This document shows, one piece after another, positions 1 to 9,344 of a DNA stretch of 32,000 nt. The position numbers and the translations under genes are program-made. Numbering within the stretch: the stretch's first letter is position 1; each line of letters starts with the position of its first letter. The notes under the pieces are model-generated. The model was not told the origin of the DNA. It did no database searches and was given only the letters and a program-made list of their open reading frames with translations. The DNA lies in NCBI GenBank assembly GCA_031260975.1, contig JAISKJ010000003.1, forward strand, positions 629,109 to 661,108. The letters are read 5' to 3'. The stretch comes from Christensenellaceae bacterium (GTDB taxonomy: Bacteria > Bacillota > Clostridia > Christensenellales > UBA1242).

Positions 1-1006
1 TAAACAGCAAGAAGTCTTTCTTAAAATAATCCAAAAGCGTAAAAGGAGCCTCACAAGGGCTTCTGCCATCAAAATAGCGCGAATAATTTTCAATCCCGCT
101 GCAGTATCCCAGCTCGCGCATCATCTCAATGTCATAACTCGTGCGCTCACTCAGCCGCTGCGCCTGCAACAGCTTTCCGGCGTCTTCAAAAGCTTTAACC
201 TGCGTTTCTTTATCTTTTTCAATACGCTTCAGCGCTTCTTCAAGCTTAGTCGTGCCCACAGCATAGTGCGTCGCCGGAAAAATCGCCACATGTTTAAGTG
301 TTCCGACAAGCTTTCCTGACACCACATCAAACTCGCAAATGCGTTCAATTTCATCGTCAAAAAACTCCACCCTTATGGCTTTGTCAGTGTAATATACCGG
401 AAAGATATCCAGCGTGTCGCCCTTGGCCCTGAATGACCCGCGCTTAAAATCAATCTCGTTTCGCTCATAGCGTATTTCAATAAGGCGTTTTATAATTTTG
501 CTGCGCTCAAGCTTGTCACCGGCTCTCAAACTTATATGCAAGTCATAATACTCCTGAGGCGCACCCAAGCCGTAAATACACGAAACCGAGGCCACCACAA
601 TCACATCATCGCGCTCCAAAAGACTGCTGGTGGTTGAGTGACGCAGTCTGTCAATTTCTTCGTTGATACTCATATCTTTTTCAATATAAGTGTCACTCTT
701 TACAATATACGCCTCCGGCTGATAATAATCATAATAACTCACAAAAAATTCTACCCTATTCTCAGGGAAAAACTCCCTAAACTCGTTGCAGAGCTGGGCC
801 GCTAAGGTTTTGTTATGCGCCAAAACAAGAGCGGGCCTGCCCGCCTGCTTTATAATATTTGCCATGCTAAAGGTCTTTCCGCTGCCCGTCACACCCAAAA
901 GTACCTGGCTTTTAAGCCCGTCACTTAAGCCTTCAACTATGCTTCTCACAGCCTCGGGCTGGTCACCGGCAAGGTTATATTTACTGTGCAGTTTGAAAAT
1001 ATCCAT
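1..1006 (-). CDS. uvrB: excinuclease ABC subunit B (UvrB), N-terminal part; the gene runs off the left window edge
   Basis: Absent from the ORF track because it is open to position 1. The reverse complement from the ATG at 1006..1004 reads [75 protein letters not shown]. This is the canonical UvrB N-terminus with Walker A GSGKT. Confidence 0.9.
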   Translation of the reverse strand, partial: MDIFKLHSKYNLAGDQPEAVRSIVEGLSDGLKSQVLLGVTGSGKTFSMANIIKQAGRPALVLAHNKTLAAQLCNEFREFFPENRVEFFVSYYDYYQPEAYIVKSDTYIEKDMSINEEIDRLRHSTTSSLLERDDVIVVASVSCIYGLGAPQEYYDLHISLRAGDKLERSKIIKRLIEIRYERNEIDFKRGSFRAKGDTLDIFPVYYTDKAIRVEFFDDEIERICEFDVVSGKLVGTLKHVAIFPATHYAVGTTKLEEALKRIEKDKETQVKAFEDAGKLLQAQRLSERTSYDIEMMRELGYCSGIENYSRYFDGRSPCEAPFTLLDYFKKDFLLF

Positions 1007-1193
1007 AACATAAATATTATACCATTTTCCCTCAAATATACAAAACAAAAAAACAGCTCACAAAAGTACTCTGCCTGCAGAAAAAATAGACTTGTTCAGT
1101 CAAAATTTATCGAAATTAAGTGATTTTAGCTATTGAATTTTATAATAATTTCTGCTATAATAACCAAGCTATAAGGCTTAAAAGGAAACAAAA

Positions 1194-1931
1194 ATGCAAA
1201 CTGTTGAAACGCAAAAAATAATAGATTATCTAAAAGACCCTTCAATTTTAAGTGAAATTATTAACTACGAACAAGCCCGTCTACAAAAGAACTTCAGAAG
1301 TACTCACATGAATAAAAAGTTTTTTGATTTTTTGGTGTTTTATAATCCAAAGCTTTTAAGGCCAATGCTTATTTGCAAAATGGACTTTGGCAAAACGGTA
1401 GAACTTGTTGTATACGATGTGCTAAATCCCGAACTGCCAAACAAAGTTGAATATCAGGATATAGGCATGCTTAGAATGAATACAGAGATATATAACAGTT
1501 CGATGAAAATAGACCTGCTCAGCATGGAACATAACCTTTTAAATGAAGCGGACTATAAATTTATGGGCATCGGCGGAACCATGATTAAGCTAAGCCAACA
1601 CATAATGGCAAACAAAGAAATTGATACCCTAGAAATTCAGGCAGGCGCCATAGGAAGTCTTTCTTGTGAGGAAGTTGAAAGAATATATACCCGATGGGGC
1701 TTTAAGTCTAATATCATCAACCCCGGTATGCATAAGGCATGGAACCAAACTGATATTCAGGCACTAAAAAACACACCCATAAGCACATTCGACATTCTGC
1801 CGCTTGAAAGTCTCACCCCCGAAACACTTGAAGAGCTTAGCGATAAAGCAAAATTTAAATACTTTACCAAGCATCCGTCCCCAATTTATAATCCTTATAT
1901 CCCCGAACAAGAAACACCTTTTAAAAAATAA
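1194..1931 (+). CDS. hypothetical protein, possibly a GNAT-like fold in the central part
   Basis: 245-aa ORF with an AAGGAA RBS about 8 nt upstream of the ATG. The segment FMGIGGTMIKLSQHI...ERIYTRWGFKS loosely resembles GNAT motif A. A bidirectional terminator follows. Confidence 0.6.
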   Translation: MQTVETQKIIDYLKDPSILSEIINYEQARLQKNFRSTHMNKKFFDFLVFYNPKLLRPMLICKMDFGKTVELVVYDVLNPELPNKVEYQDIGMLRMNTEIYNSSMKIDLLSMEHNLLNEADYKFMGIGGTMIKLSQHIMANKEIDTLEIQAGAIGSLSCEEVERIYTRWGFKSNIINPGMHKAWNQTDIQALKNTPISTFDILPLESLTPETLEELSDKAKFKYFTKHPSPIYNPYIPEQETPFKK

Positions 1932-2004
1932 ATGAACATCAAAAACCGGCATAAGAGTGCACTTGTCTGTCCTCAGAACGCCTTATGAGATAGTACACGC
2001 ATAA

Positions 2005-2033
2005 CAAAAAACACGGATTATCCGTGTTTTTTA
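2005..2033. terminator. bidirectional rho-independent terminator between convergent genes
   Basis: Stem ACACGGA (2011-2017), loop TTA, stem TCCGTGT (2021-2027). An A-run lies upstream and a T-run downstream. Confidence 0.75.
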
Positions 2034-2039
2034 TTCTAA

Positions 2040-5000
2040 TTACTTAATTTCAGGCCCGTTCTCTTCAACGTCAGCGTCTGCCTTAGCTTCTTTTGTCTTG
2101 GCAACTGTAGTCTTTTTGGCACCGGTACCGCTGGAAGTTACTCCTGCTTTTGCCGGCTGTCCTTTAACCTTTCCGCCTCTGATGAAGTATATAATTACGC
2201 CAGCCAAAATCAAGAGAGAAATAACAATAAGAATGGTTCCCAGAACTTCATTTGAAATTCCGCTGGTGCTGCCCTCCACCAAAACGGTGATAGAACGGCT
2301 GAATGTTGCGGTGTTTCCTGCCATGTCAGTGCTGGTTACAGTAAGAGTATATCTTCCTGCCTTGTTAAGCGTCCAAGTATATATCTCGCTGTTGTCACCC
2401 GTTTGAGTAGCCTCCACTCTCACGCCGCTTTCATCTGTCAGAGCAATAGTGTTAACCTTAAGCTTGGGGTCCGGGTTGGTGTCATCATCATCATTTGAAG
2501 CCCTGTCAATGTTGTCGGTAATCAAAAAGTCTGCAAGTGTGTTTATCGAGATAGTTCCGCCGATGGTTATGGTTTCTTTAACTTCCTTTCCTTCAACAAA
2601 TTCAATTACCGGAGGAATAGTGTCACCCACGGTGATTTGTATAGTCTTGGAGTCTGCAGAGTTGCCGTTGAGGTCTTTTGCAGTATATGTTACCGTATAA
2701 GCGCCTCTTCTCGTGGGAGTAAACCAATACTCATTAGCAGTAGTGTCATTTGTATCAAAAATAAGGTTGGTCTTTGAAAGAGCTATCAGTTCAGAACCGC
2801 TCATCGTGCTGCCGTCAACTTCTTTAAGACTATAAGTTCTGTCAGGTCCTACAACCTTAGCCTCACCCGTACTTCTAAGTCCGTCCAACTCATAAGGAAG
2901 GTCGCTCTGGTCATAAGTGATAAACAACGGAACAGAAATTCTTCCATAAAGTGAAGCATCACTTACGTTGGCAAAGAAAATCTGAATAGCGTCAGTCATA
3001 GCGTCACGACCGTCTGTTCTAAGCTCCAAAATAGGCTTACGTGTGTCAACAACTCTTATACTAGCATCCTTAGTGGTCTCATAACCTGCATCATCTATAA
3101 CTGAATATCTTATAGTATAAGTTCCTATGTTTTCGGGAGTAAATATAGTCCCGCTTACAAGGCTTGCATTTTCAACGCAAGTAATTTGTATTCTGTCTGA
3201 AATATCTCCGGGACTTCCACCCACATCATTGTCATGAGCAGTAACATTTCCAAGGTCTTTTCTTGTTCCAAGCTCCATTTCAACCACAGTGCTTGACACT
3301 CCGCTGAGTGTCGGGGGCTCGGTGTCGGTCAACTGCTTGATTTGATAAGTGATTGAACTGAAGTTGTTGCCTACGTCAACCGCGGTATAAGTTACAGTAT
3401 ATTTTTCGGCAAAGTTAGGTGTAAAACTAATACCGGGGTGCTGATATTGATATTTGCGTCCGTTGACGTCTGCTGCAACCTCTGTTCTTACGATTTGACC
3501 AAGGGTTTGATACCCTGTTACAACATTCCCTCTTTCATCTCTCACAGTCACAGCTATTCTCAGTGATGGGTCGTTGTCAAAGAATGTCACACCGCTTACA
3601 TAAAGAGGTGCACCTTGTTCATAGGTGTTGGCGGCTCCCGGTCCGGTTACCCCATCAAAAGCCGAGTCATTTCCGTTGGCTACTGTTACAACAGGCCTTA
3701 CTATGTCATTAGTGTTTTTAACAGATATATTTTTCTTTTGTTCAGTAACATTTCCATAGTCATCGGTAGCTTTGGTCACAATAGTAATCATATCACCGTT
3801 GCCCGGAAGCGTCGCAAGTTCATATATAGTGTTTATGCTGTCAAGTGATAGGTCGTCGCTTTTGAAACTAAGCATAGCGCTGTTATCTTCATCTTCACCG
3901 ATAAAGTATATAGCGTCGCCAATGTTACCACTGCCGTTCAGAGTGATATAATATTGAGTTCTGATATTGGTGTCATAGTTGTCGGTTACGGTAGGTTTTG
4001 TAAATCTATATGTCTTTCCGTCTTCAATAAGTGTAGGAAGGTCAACCGGATATGTTACGGTCGGACCAACACTGTCAACCAAAACATCCTTAATGCTGAA
4101 AGTGAATGTCCAGCTTGCGCTGTAACCGTTTCCGTCACTTACTCTATATGTTACGGTATAGTCACCCGCAACGGTTATTTTTCCGCCCGGTCCTATAGTA
4201 ATTGTAGCTAATTCAGCTGCTCTCTTCTGAGCAGTGTCAGCTCCCGCACTGTGATATATTGCGTCCTGCAGGTCTATTTCAGTAAATCCGGCAACAGTTG
4301 AGGTAATTCTTCGGGTAAACGTCAGATTTTCAAAAGGTACAACAGTGTCTTCACCATAGATTGCCGGAAAAGATATCTGTATCATGTTAAGCCCATAAGT
4401 TGTCGGAACCATCCACTTAGCGTCAGCTCTGTTGATAGTGTCAGCGATTGTAGTGGGATCAGCCGTAAGCTCGGCAGAATAATCCTCAACCACAAAGAGC
4501 TTTGGCGCCATGGTGTCTCTTACATTTTCAATGCTGAAAGGCTCTACTTCGGCTTCGTTTCCATAGAAGTCTCTAACCTTATAAGTTATTTTGTATTCAC
4601 CGTTTTGTTCAGGTATGAAGTAATAACCGTCGTCATCTTTCAAAATCGGAAGAGGTGCACTCAAAGTACTTGCATCAACACGATGCTGAACTGTTATCAA
4701 AGTGTGTACGTTAATAGTTGCGTTTGCATCGTTTTTATTGAAAGCCGAAGCCAACGGAAGTCTTACTTTCTCTTTCAGGCTGGCGCTTGTTGCAAGACCG
4801 CTTACAGTAAAACCAATGTCAAATGTCTTTTTATAAACAGTGCTTCCTACAACAGTCTTGTTAAGGGTAGAAATAACTGCACCATTAAACAGCACTGCGT
4901 ATCTTATAATGTTTGTTCCGGCATCAGGCGTAAACTTGTAGTTTCCGCTGCCGTTGTCAGGAAGCTGCACACCGCTGCTGTTGTCAGAAGAAAGTCTCTG

Positions 5001-5711
5001 GGTGTTAATAACTTCAATCCTAAGCCCATATCCCTGAGCATTGGGATTTGTTGAAAAGTCTATAACATCTCCATTTGCGTCTTTTACAATAGGATTTGGT
5101 ATAACCACATCTACAACGCCGCTGACCGATCCGCCCAACACATTGATGGGAAGAATGATATTGTCATTAGTATCGCCGGGGTTGTTGCCGGGAATCTCAA
5201 TCGTAACCTCTTCGCCCACAACATTTATAATAAAAGTCTGGCTGGTGGTTGAATATTCGTTGGCACCGGGCGTAACATAACCAAAGCCTTCGTTGAGGTC
5301 ATAAGAATATACAACAGTATATCTGTCAGCAGATGTTGGAGTAAACTTAAATCCGTTGCTGGTGTCACTGTCATAAGGTATAACTCTGCCGCTGCTGTCT
5401 TTTATGGTAGGCTTAACATTGGGATTAACGACAAAAACATTAGGCACCACACCGGCATCGGCCAGCGTACCTTTTGGCAACGTAATAATATGCCCTACCT
5501 TGCTCTGAGTAGGAATAGGATCCATAGAAGTATCAACTGATATGATTGCACCCGTCGCTGTCTTATCTCCTACACCGGGAGCTGTAAAAACTGAATAGCT
5601 CCTTGTCTGATAGAACTGCTCTGTTAAACCGCCGATAGGTGGGGCTACTAACGCTCCTCCCATGACGAGTACTAAACTTGATGCAGCCACAATTCTATGA
5701 AATTTTTTCAT
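2040..5711 (-). CDS. large cell-surface protein with tandem Ig-like (HYR/DUF5011-like) domains, an N-terminal signal peptide and a C-terminal TM anchor
   Basis: AGGAG RBS and signal peptide MKKFHRIVAASSLVLVMGGALVAPP. The strand motif Y(T/K)(V/I)TY..D..GN recurs at least 8 times (GEYKITYKVRDFYGNEAE, GDYTVTYRVSDGNGYSAS, EKYTVTYTAVDVGNNFSS, GTYTIRYSVIDDAGYETT, GAYTVTYTAKDLNGNSAD, GRYTLTVTSTDMAGNTAT). Module starts look like DTEPPTL, DTRKPIL, DTIPPVI, DTMAPKL, DSVGPTV. The C-terminus has a helix ILIVISLLILAGVIIYFI followed by a charged tail. No LPXTG motif. Confidence 0.85.
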   Translation of the reverse strand: MKKFHRIVAASSLVLVMGGALVAPPIGGLTEQFYQTRSYSVFTAPGVGDKTATGAIISVDTSMDPIPTQSKVGHIITLPKGTLADAGVVPNVFVVNPNVKPTIKDSSGRVIPYDSDTSNGFKFTPTSADRYTVVYSYDLNEGFGYVTPGANEYSTTSQTFIINVVGEEVTIEIPGNNPGDTNDNIILPINVLGGSVSGVVDVVIPNPIVKDANGDVIDFSTNPNAQGYGLRIEVINTQRLSSDNSSGVQLPDNGSGNYKFTPDAGTNIIRYAVLFNGAVISTLNKTVVGSTVYKKTFDIGFTVSGLATSASLKEKVRLPLASAFNKNDANATINVHTLITVQHRVDASTLSAPLPILKDDDGYYFIPEQNGEYKITYKVRDFYGNEAEVEPFSIENVRDTMAPKLFVVEDYSAELTADPTTIADTINRADAKWMVPTTYGLNMIQISFPAIYGEDTVVPFENLTFTRRITSTVAGFTEIDLQDAIYHSAGADTAQKRAAELATITIGPGGKITVAGDYTVTYRVSDGNGYSASWTFTFSIKDVLVDSVGPTVTYPVDLPTLIEDGKTYRFTKPTVTDNYDTNIRTQYYITLNGSGNIGDAIYFIGEDEDNSAMLSFKSDDLSLDSINTIYELATLPGNGDMITIVTKATDDYGNVTEQKKNISVKNTNDIVRPVVTVANGNDSAFDGVTGPGAANTYEQGAPLYVSGVTFFDNDPSLRIAVTVRDERGNVVTGYQTLGQIVRTEVAADVNGRKYQYQHPGISFTPNFAEKYTVTYTAVDVGNNFSSITYQIKQLTDTEPPTLSGVSSTVVEMELGTRKDLGNVTAHDNDVGGSPGDISDRIQITCVENASLVSGTIFTPENIGTYTIRYSVIDDAGYETTKDASIRVVDTRKPILELRTDGRDAMTDAIQIFFANVSDASLYGRISVPLFITYDQSDLPYELDGLRSTGEAKVVGPDRTYSLKEVDGSTMSGSELIALSKTNLIFDTNDTTANEYWFTPTRRGAYTVTYTAKDLNGNSADSKTIQITVGDTIPPVIEFVEGKEVKETITIGGTISINTLADFLITDNIDRASNDDDDTNPDPKLKVNTIALTDESGVRVEATQTGDNSEIYTWTLNKAGRYTLTVTSTDMAGNTATFSRSITVLVEGSTSGISNEVLGTILIVISLLILAGVIIYFIRGGKVKGQPAKAGVTSSGTGAKKTTVAKTKEAKADADVEENGPEIK

Positions 5712-6108
5712 AATATCTCCTTAAAAGCCATTGATTATCAAATAATCAGTATAGATACGGTTATATTACAACAACCACGCAAAAAAGTCAACAAAATATC
5801 ACCAGATTTTTATAAAACCCTCCGTTTTACTTCTTTAGTGCTGTCTCTAAAAATCGCATCCCAACAGCACCAAAGGCCCGTAGTTTCTTAATTTTTGACA
5901 AAACAAATCTATATTAAACAAAAAGAGAACATTTGCAACTGTCCCATAATATCATGATAGTGATATGATTTTTTATAAAAAACATAAAAGTCATATCAAC
6001 ACAAAAGAAGGCAGTCTTTGGGCTGTTGGGTTCTTACAAAAGATAAAAAAACCGATATGCATTGGTGCACAAATGCACTGGGACAAAACTTTGTTGGAGG
6101 AAGTACAT

Positions 6109-6336
6109 ATGGGCTTTTTTGAAGAAAAAGGCGACTGCGGATGCAACCACGGTTGCGGATTTGGCGGATTTGGCGGAAACAGCTGCTGGCTAATCTTCTT
6201 GCTGCTTATTTGCGGCGGTGGATGTGGCGGCGGATGTGGTCACGACAGAAACATGGGCTGCATAGACGTATGTGAACTGTTGTTCATCATATTCCTGCTT
6301 GGCATATGCGGTCGCGGCTGTCACAAGAACTGCTAA
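6109..6336 (+). CDS. small Cys/Gly-rich hydrophobic peptide (75 aa), possibly related to YjcZ-type tiny sporulation peptides
   Basis: Internal ATG at 6109 is preceded by GGAGG (6097-6101). The track start at 5965 has no RBS. Product: MGFFEEKGDCGCNHGCGFGGFGGNSCWLIFLLLICGGGCGGGCGHDRNMGCIDVCELLFIIFLLGICGRGCHKNC. A terminator follows. Confidence 0.6.
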   Translation: MGFFEEKGDCGCNHGCGFGGFGGNSCWLIFLLLICGGGCGGGCGHDRNMGCIDVCELLFIIFLLGICGRGCHKNC

Positions 6337-6391
6337 TAAAAGCCGCTTAGTCGGATTTTAAGCAGCCTTGCACAACCAAAACTTAATAAAA

Positions 6392-6426
6392 ACTATCCCC
6401 GCATAATGCCGGGGATAGTTTTTTTG
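6392..6426. terminator. bidirectional rho-independent terminator
   Basis: Stem ACTATCCCCG (6392-6401) pairs with CGGGGATAGT (6410-6419), followed by a T-run to about 6425. It lies between the convergent Cys-rich gene and hflX. Confidence 0.75.
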
Positions 6427-6449
6427 ACTTTGTTATTCAATAATAAATC

Positions 6450-7532
6450 TTAAAATAAAATTTTTCCGATTTTTTGCTTCAACTCTTCAATGCCCATATT
6501 CTTTTTTGCGGATATCACAATGCCGTCCTTAGGGGGCTTAATATCCCCCATCTTATCACTTTTGTTATAAGCAATGATTTGCGGTATTTTGTCAGCTCCC
6601 AAGTCTTTTAAAACCTTGTTTACAACCTCCATCTGGTGTTTATACTCAGGGTTAGTTATATCCACCACAACAATCAACAAGTCGGCTGATGCTGCCTCTT
6701 CAAGCGTAGCTGCAAACGCTTCAATAAAAGCATGCGGCAGCTTGTCAATAAATCCAACAGTATCAGTCAGCAGTACCTCTTTGCCATTATCGAGCCACAA
6801 GCTGCGGGTAGTTGTTTCAAGTGTGGCAAACAGCTTGTCGTCGGCATAAATTCCCGCTTTAGTGATTAGATTCATAAGCGTACTTTTTCCGGCATTGGTA
6901 TACCCAACAATAGCCACGCTTTTGGCTCTGTTTACCTTGCGGTTTTGCTGCCGCAGGTGGCGCTGCTCTTTTATTTCTGCTATCTTGCGCTCAAGCTTAT
7001 AAATATTTTCCTTAATCACACGCTTGTCAAGCTCCAGCTTGGTTTCCCCGGGCCCTCTCATACCAACACCCACGCTGCCGTATCTTCCGCTGGTGCCGCT
7101 AATGCCCGCTATTCTGGGAAGCGTATACTTAAGCTGTGCCAACTGCACCTGAAGCCTTCCTTCGTTGGTAGTGGCACGGCCGGCAAAAATATCCAATATC
7201 AAAATGGATCTGTCTATTACCTTAGCACCCACGGCCTCACTTATATTGTTTATCTGCGAGCCCGTAAGTTCACAGTCTAAAATCACAACATTTGCCTGAG
7301 TTTCCTCCACAAGTATTGCTATTTCTTCCACCTTGCCGCTTCCTATAAGCGTAGCGGGAGTTTCTTCTTTTATGTTCTGAAAACAAAGACCCACCACCTC
7401 AAGGCAGGCGGTGTCAGCAAGACTTTTTAGCTCACTTAAAGCAGCTTCTATATCGGTTACCGTCTTATTAAACGAAACACCTACCAGAACCACTTTCTCT
7501 TTTGGTTTGGTAGTTTCTTGTATTTTTGTCAT
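6450..7532 (-). CDS. hflX: GTPase HflX
   Basis: G motifs GYTNAGKST, DTVGF and NKSD plus an HflX-type N-terminal domain. I prefer the ATG at 7532 (MTKIQETT...), which is preceded by GGGAGA, over the track start at 7592. Confidence 0.9.
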   Translation of the reverse strand: MTKIQETTKPKEKVVLVGVSFNKTVTDIEAALSELKSLADTACLEVVGLCFQNIKEETPATLIGSGKVEEIAILVEETQANVVILDCELTGSQINNISEAVGAKVIDRSILILDIFAGRATTNEGRLQVQLAQLKYTLPRIAGISGTSGRYGSVGVGMRGPGETKLELDKRVIKENIYKLERKIAEIKEQRHLRQQNRKVNRAKSVAIVGYTNAGKSTLMNLITKAGIYADDKLFATLETTTRSLWLDNGKEVLLTDTVGFIDKLPHAFIEAFAATLEEAASADLLIVVVDITNPEYKHQMEVVNKVLKDLGADKIPQIIAYNKSDKMGDIKPPKDGIVISAKKNMGIEELKQKIGKILF

Positions 7533-7639
7533 ATTAATTCTCCCTTGCGGGGATGTCCCCACTGACAGTACTTGCTTTGCCTCAAAATACAATTTGTAAT
7601 TCAGAGCCCAAGGGCCGATAGTCCTGCCATAATAATATA

Positions 7640-8374
7640 TTAACTGATAAGTGTATTAAATATAACACTAAAGCTGTCTCTTTTTGCCTCTATTTGGGCC
7701 TTTGCCACAAAACCCAGAGCATCTATATAATCATAAACAACCACAAGAAACTGCGCCGCTTCATATGCCTTGCGGCTCATTTTTGCCCGCTCAAAGTCGG
7801 TCACAGCAGCGTTATAACTTTGTTCAAATGCATCAAGCCGCAAATATATACTGTCATAATTATCCGCTTCAAGTGTATTCTCGCCAACAAACTCCACAAG
7901 GCTTGAAATAACAAAATTATCGGGGTCACTCAGGTCAGTCACGGCAAATCTAAAGGCCTCGTCAAGCATATTTATGCTCACCAAAGCCCTGACATAGCGG
8001 CTCTTAAGTCTGTTGTCCTCGTTTGAAAGCATAACTTTTTGAAGCATTGTGCCTTCTTTTGTGCTGTTTTCGTTCAAAAAGTCCATGAACTCGTCATATC
8101 TTGGCTCTCTCAGCAATATGGGAAAGCATTCCACAATGCTCAGGTCGTTTTTGAATTGAATTGATTTGTTTACTACCAAATAGAGGTCATTTATATTTTT
8201 TGTTTTTTCATAGTTGCTTTTATAAAAATAAAGGCTGATATTTCCGTTTACACCATCAAAAATTTTGGCCATAGTGATAGGGCTGAAAATTCCCAGAAGC
8301 AACGCTAACAAGCCCACAAAACCAATAAGTGAGCCTAAGGTTATAAAAACACTTCTGACAATAGTTCTTTGCAT
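7640..8374 (-). CDS. hypothetical membrane-anchored protein (single N-terminal TM)
   Basis: 244-aa ORF with the N-terminal helix VFITLGSLIGFVGLLALLLGIF. No recognisable SD. An extended -10 element sits 6 nt upstream of the ATG (see promoter feature). Confidence 0.65.
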   Translation of the reverse strand: MQRTIVRSVFITLGSLIGFVGLLALLLGIFSPITMAKIFDGVNGNISLYFYKSNYEKTKNINDLYLVVNKSIQFKNDLSIVECFPILLREPRYDEFMDFLNENSTKEGTMLQKVMLSNEDNRLKSRYVRALVSINMLDEAFRFAVTDLSDPDNFVISSLVEFVGENTLEADNYDSIYLRLDAFEQSYNAAVTDFERAKMSRKAYEAAQFLVVVYDYIDALGFVAKAQIEAKRDSFSVIFNTLIS

Positions 8375-8380
8375 ATAATA

Positions 8381-8409
8381 ATTCTATCACAAAACAAAAA
8401 AAACCGCAA
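8381..8409 (-). promoter_or_regulatory. candidate sigma-A promoter with a TRTG-extended -10 (TGTGATAGAAT), possibly giving a leaderless transcript
   Basis: The reverse complement of 8381-8391 is TGTGATAGAAT. TTGCGG sits at -35 (8404-8409) with a 17-nt spacer. The -10 ends 6 nt before the ATG at 8374. Confidence 0.4.
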
Positions 8410-8535
8410 AGGGTTTTTCAATTTTCTACATCCCCCATTAACGATAAAATGGTATGTTGCTGTAAAATATTTTTTAAACAAATAATTTTATAACTCACGT
8501 ATAAACAGCTGTTCTATTAAATATACCTGCATATC

Positions 8536-9117
8536 TTATTCACTATTTTTTCGTCGTTCAATATCCGCCCATAATTCACTCATCCCTTGACCTGTTTCAG
8601 ATGAGGTAATTATAATTTCACTTTTGGTTATGCCTAAAGCACTTATGATGGCAGTCACTCGGTTATTTTGCTGTGAGCGGGATACTTTATCTGCCTTTGT
8701 AACAACAAAAACAAAAGGGATATTATAAAAATAAAGGAACTTTATCATTTGAATATCTTTTTCAGAAGGCTCTCTGCGTATATCCAAAAGTATATATACA
8801 CACTTAAGGTTTGCTCCGGTTTTTAGATATTCTTCCATGAGTATTCCCCATTTTTTCTGTTCTTTTTTTGGAGCCTCGGCATATCCATAGCCCGGAAGGT
8901 CAACCAGCAAAAATTCCTTGTTTATCAAAAAGTAATTTATAAGCCGCGTTCTGCCGGGAGTATTTGAAGTTTTGGCCAATTTCTTTTGTGTAAGCGCGTT
9001 AATAAGACTGCTCTTTCCGGCATTACTGCGGCCGGCAAAAGCAACCTCTTTAAAGCTGCTCTTATAAAAATTTCGGTCAGCCACACTCGTGACAAATTCA
9101 GCGCTTCTAATCTGCAT
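8536..9117 (-). CDS. engB: ribosome biogenesis GTP-binding protein EngB/YsxC/YihA
   Basis: Motifs GRSNAGKSSLINALT, DLPGYGY and TKADK. AAGGAG RBS 6 nt upstream of the ATG at 9117. Confidence 0.9.
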   Translation of the reverse strand: MQIRSAEFVTSVADRNFYKSSFKEVAFAGRSNAGKSSLINALTQKKLAKTSNTPGRTRLINYFLINKEFLLVDLPGYGYAEAPKKEQKKWGILMEEYLKTGANLKCVYILLDIRREPSEKDIQMIKFLYFYNIPFVFVVTKADKVSRSQQNNRVTAIISALGITKSEIIITSSETGQGMSELWADIERRKNSE

Positions 9118-9171
9118 CTGCTACTCCTTTAAAGAAATTTAACATATTTTGTTCTGTTATGTCAACAAAAT

Positions 9172-9300
9172 GCAGGTGGTGCCCCGCAGTGAGTACGGTT
9201 TTGCACAAAAAACCTTTGGTTTTTTGCAGCACGAAGCAGTAGCTTCGTGCACTGCTGCGCTGGCGCAGCAGGCAAAACCGCACCTTCAGCCTACCACCAC
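9172..9300. other. highly structured intergenic element (closing helix plus three adjacent 8-9 bp hairpins); candidate ncRNA or palindromic repeat unit, strand unknown
   Basis: Closing helix CGGTTTTGC (9196-9204) pairs with GCAAAACCG (9272-9280). Hairpin 1: 9206-9214 with 9218-9226. Hairpin 2: GCACGAAGC (9229-9237) with GCTTCGTGC (9242-9250). Hairpin 3: CTGCTGCGC (9252-9260) with GCGCAGCAG (9263-9271). Outer pairing: GTGGTG (9176-9181) with CACCAC (9295-9300). Confidence 0.45.
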
Positions 9301-9344
9301 ATTAACAAAAAAAACCGAGGTTTTCCCCGATTTTTTTAATTCTC

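Noticed and set aside
5965-6108. The N-terminal 48-aa extension of the Cys/Gly-rich ORF as given in the track.
   Set aside because: There is no RBS at 5965, and the extension has no Cys/Gly character. A GGAGG sits at the right distance from the internal ATG at 6109.
7533-7592. Upstream in-frame starts proposed by the track for hflX (7592), tig (12707), the RT (22053, GTG) and avd (23064, GTG).
   Set aside because: In each case a downstream ATG has a clear SD at 5-8 nt, while the upstream codon has none. For avd the upstream GTG would also lie at or before the predicted transcription start.
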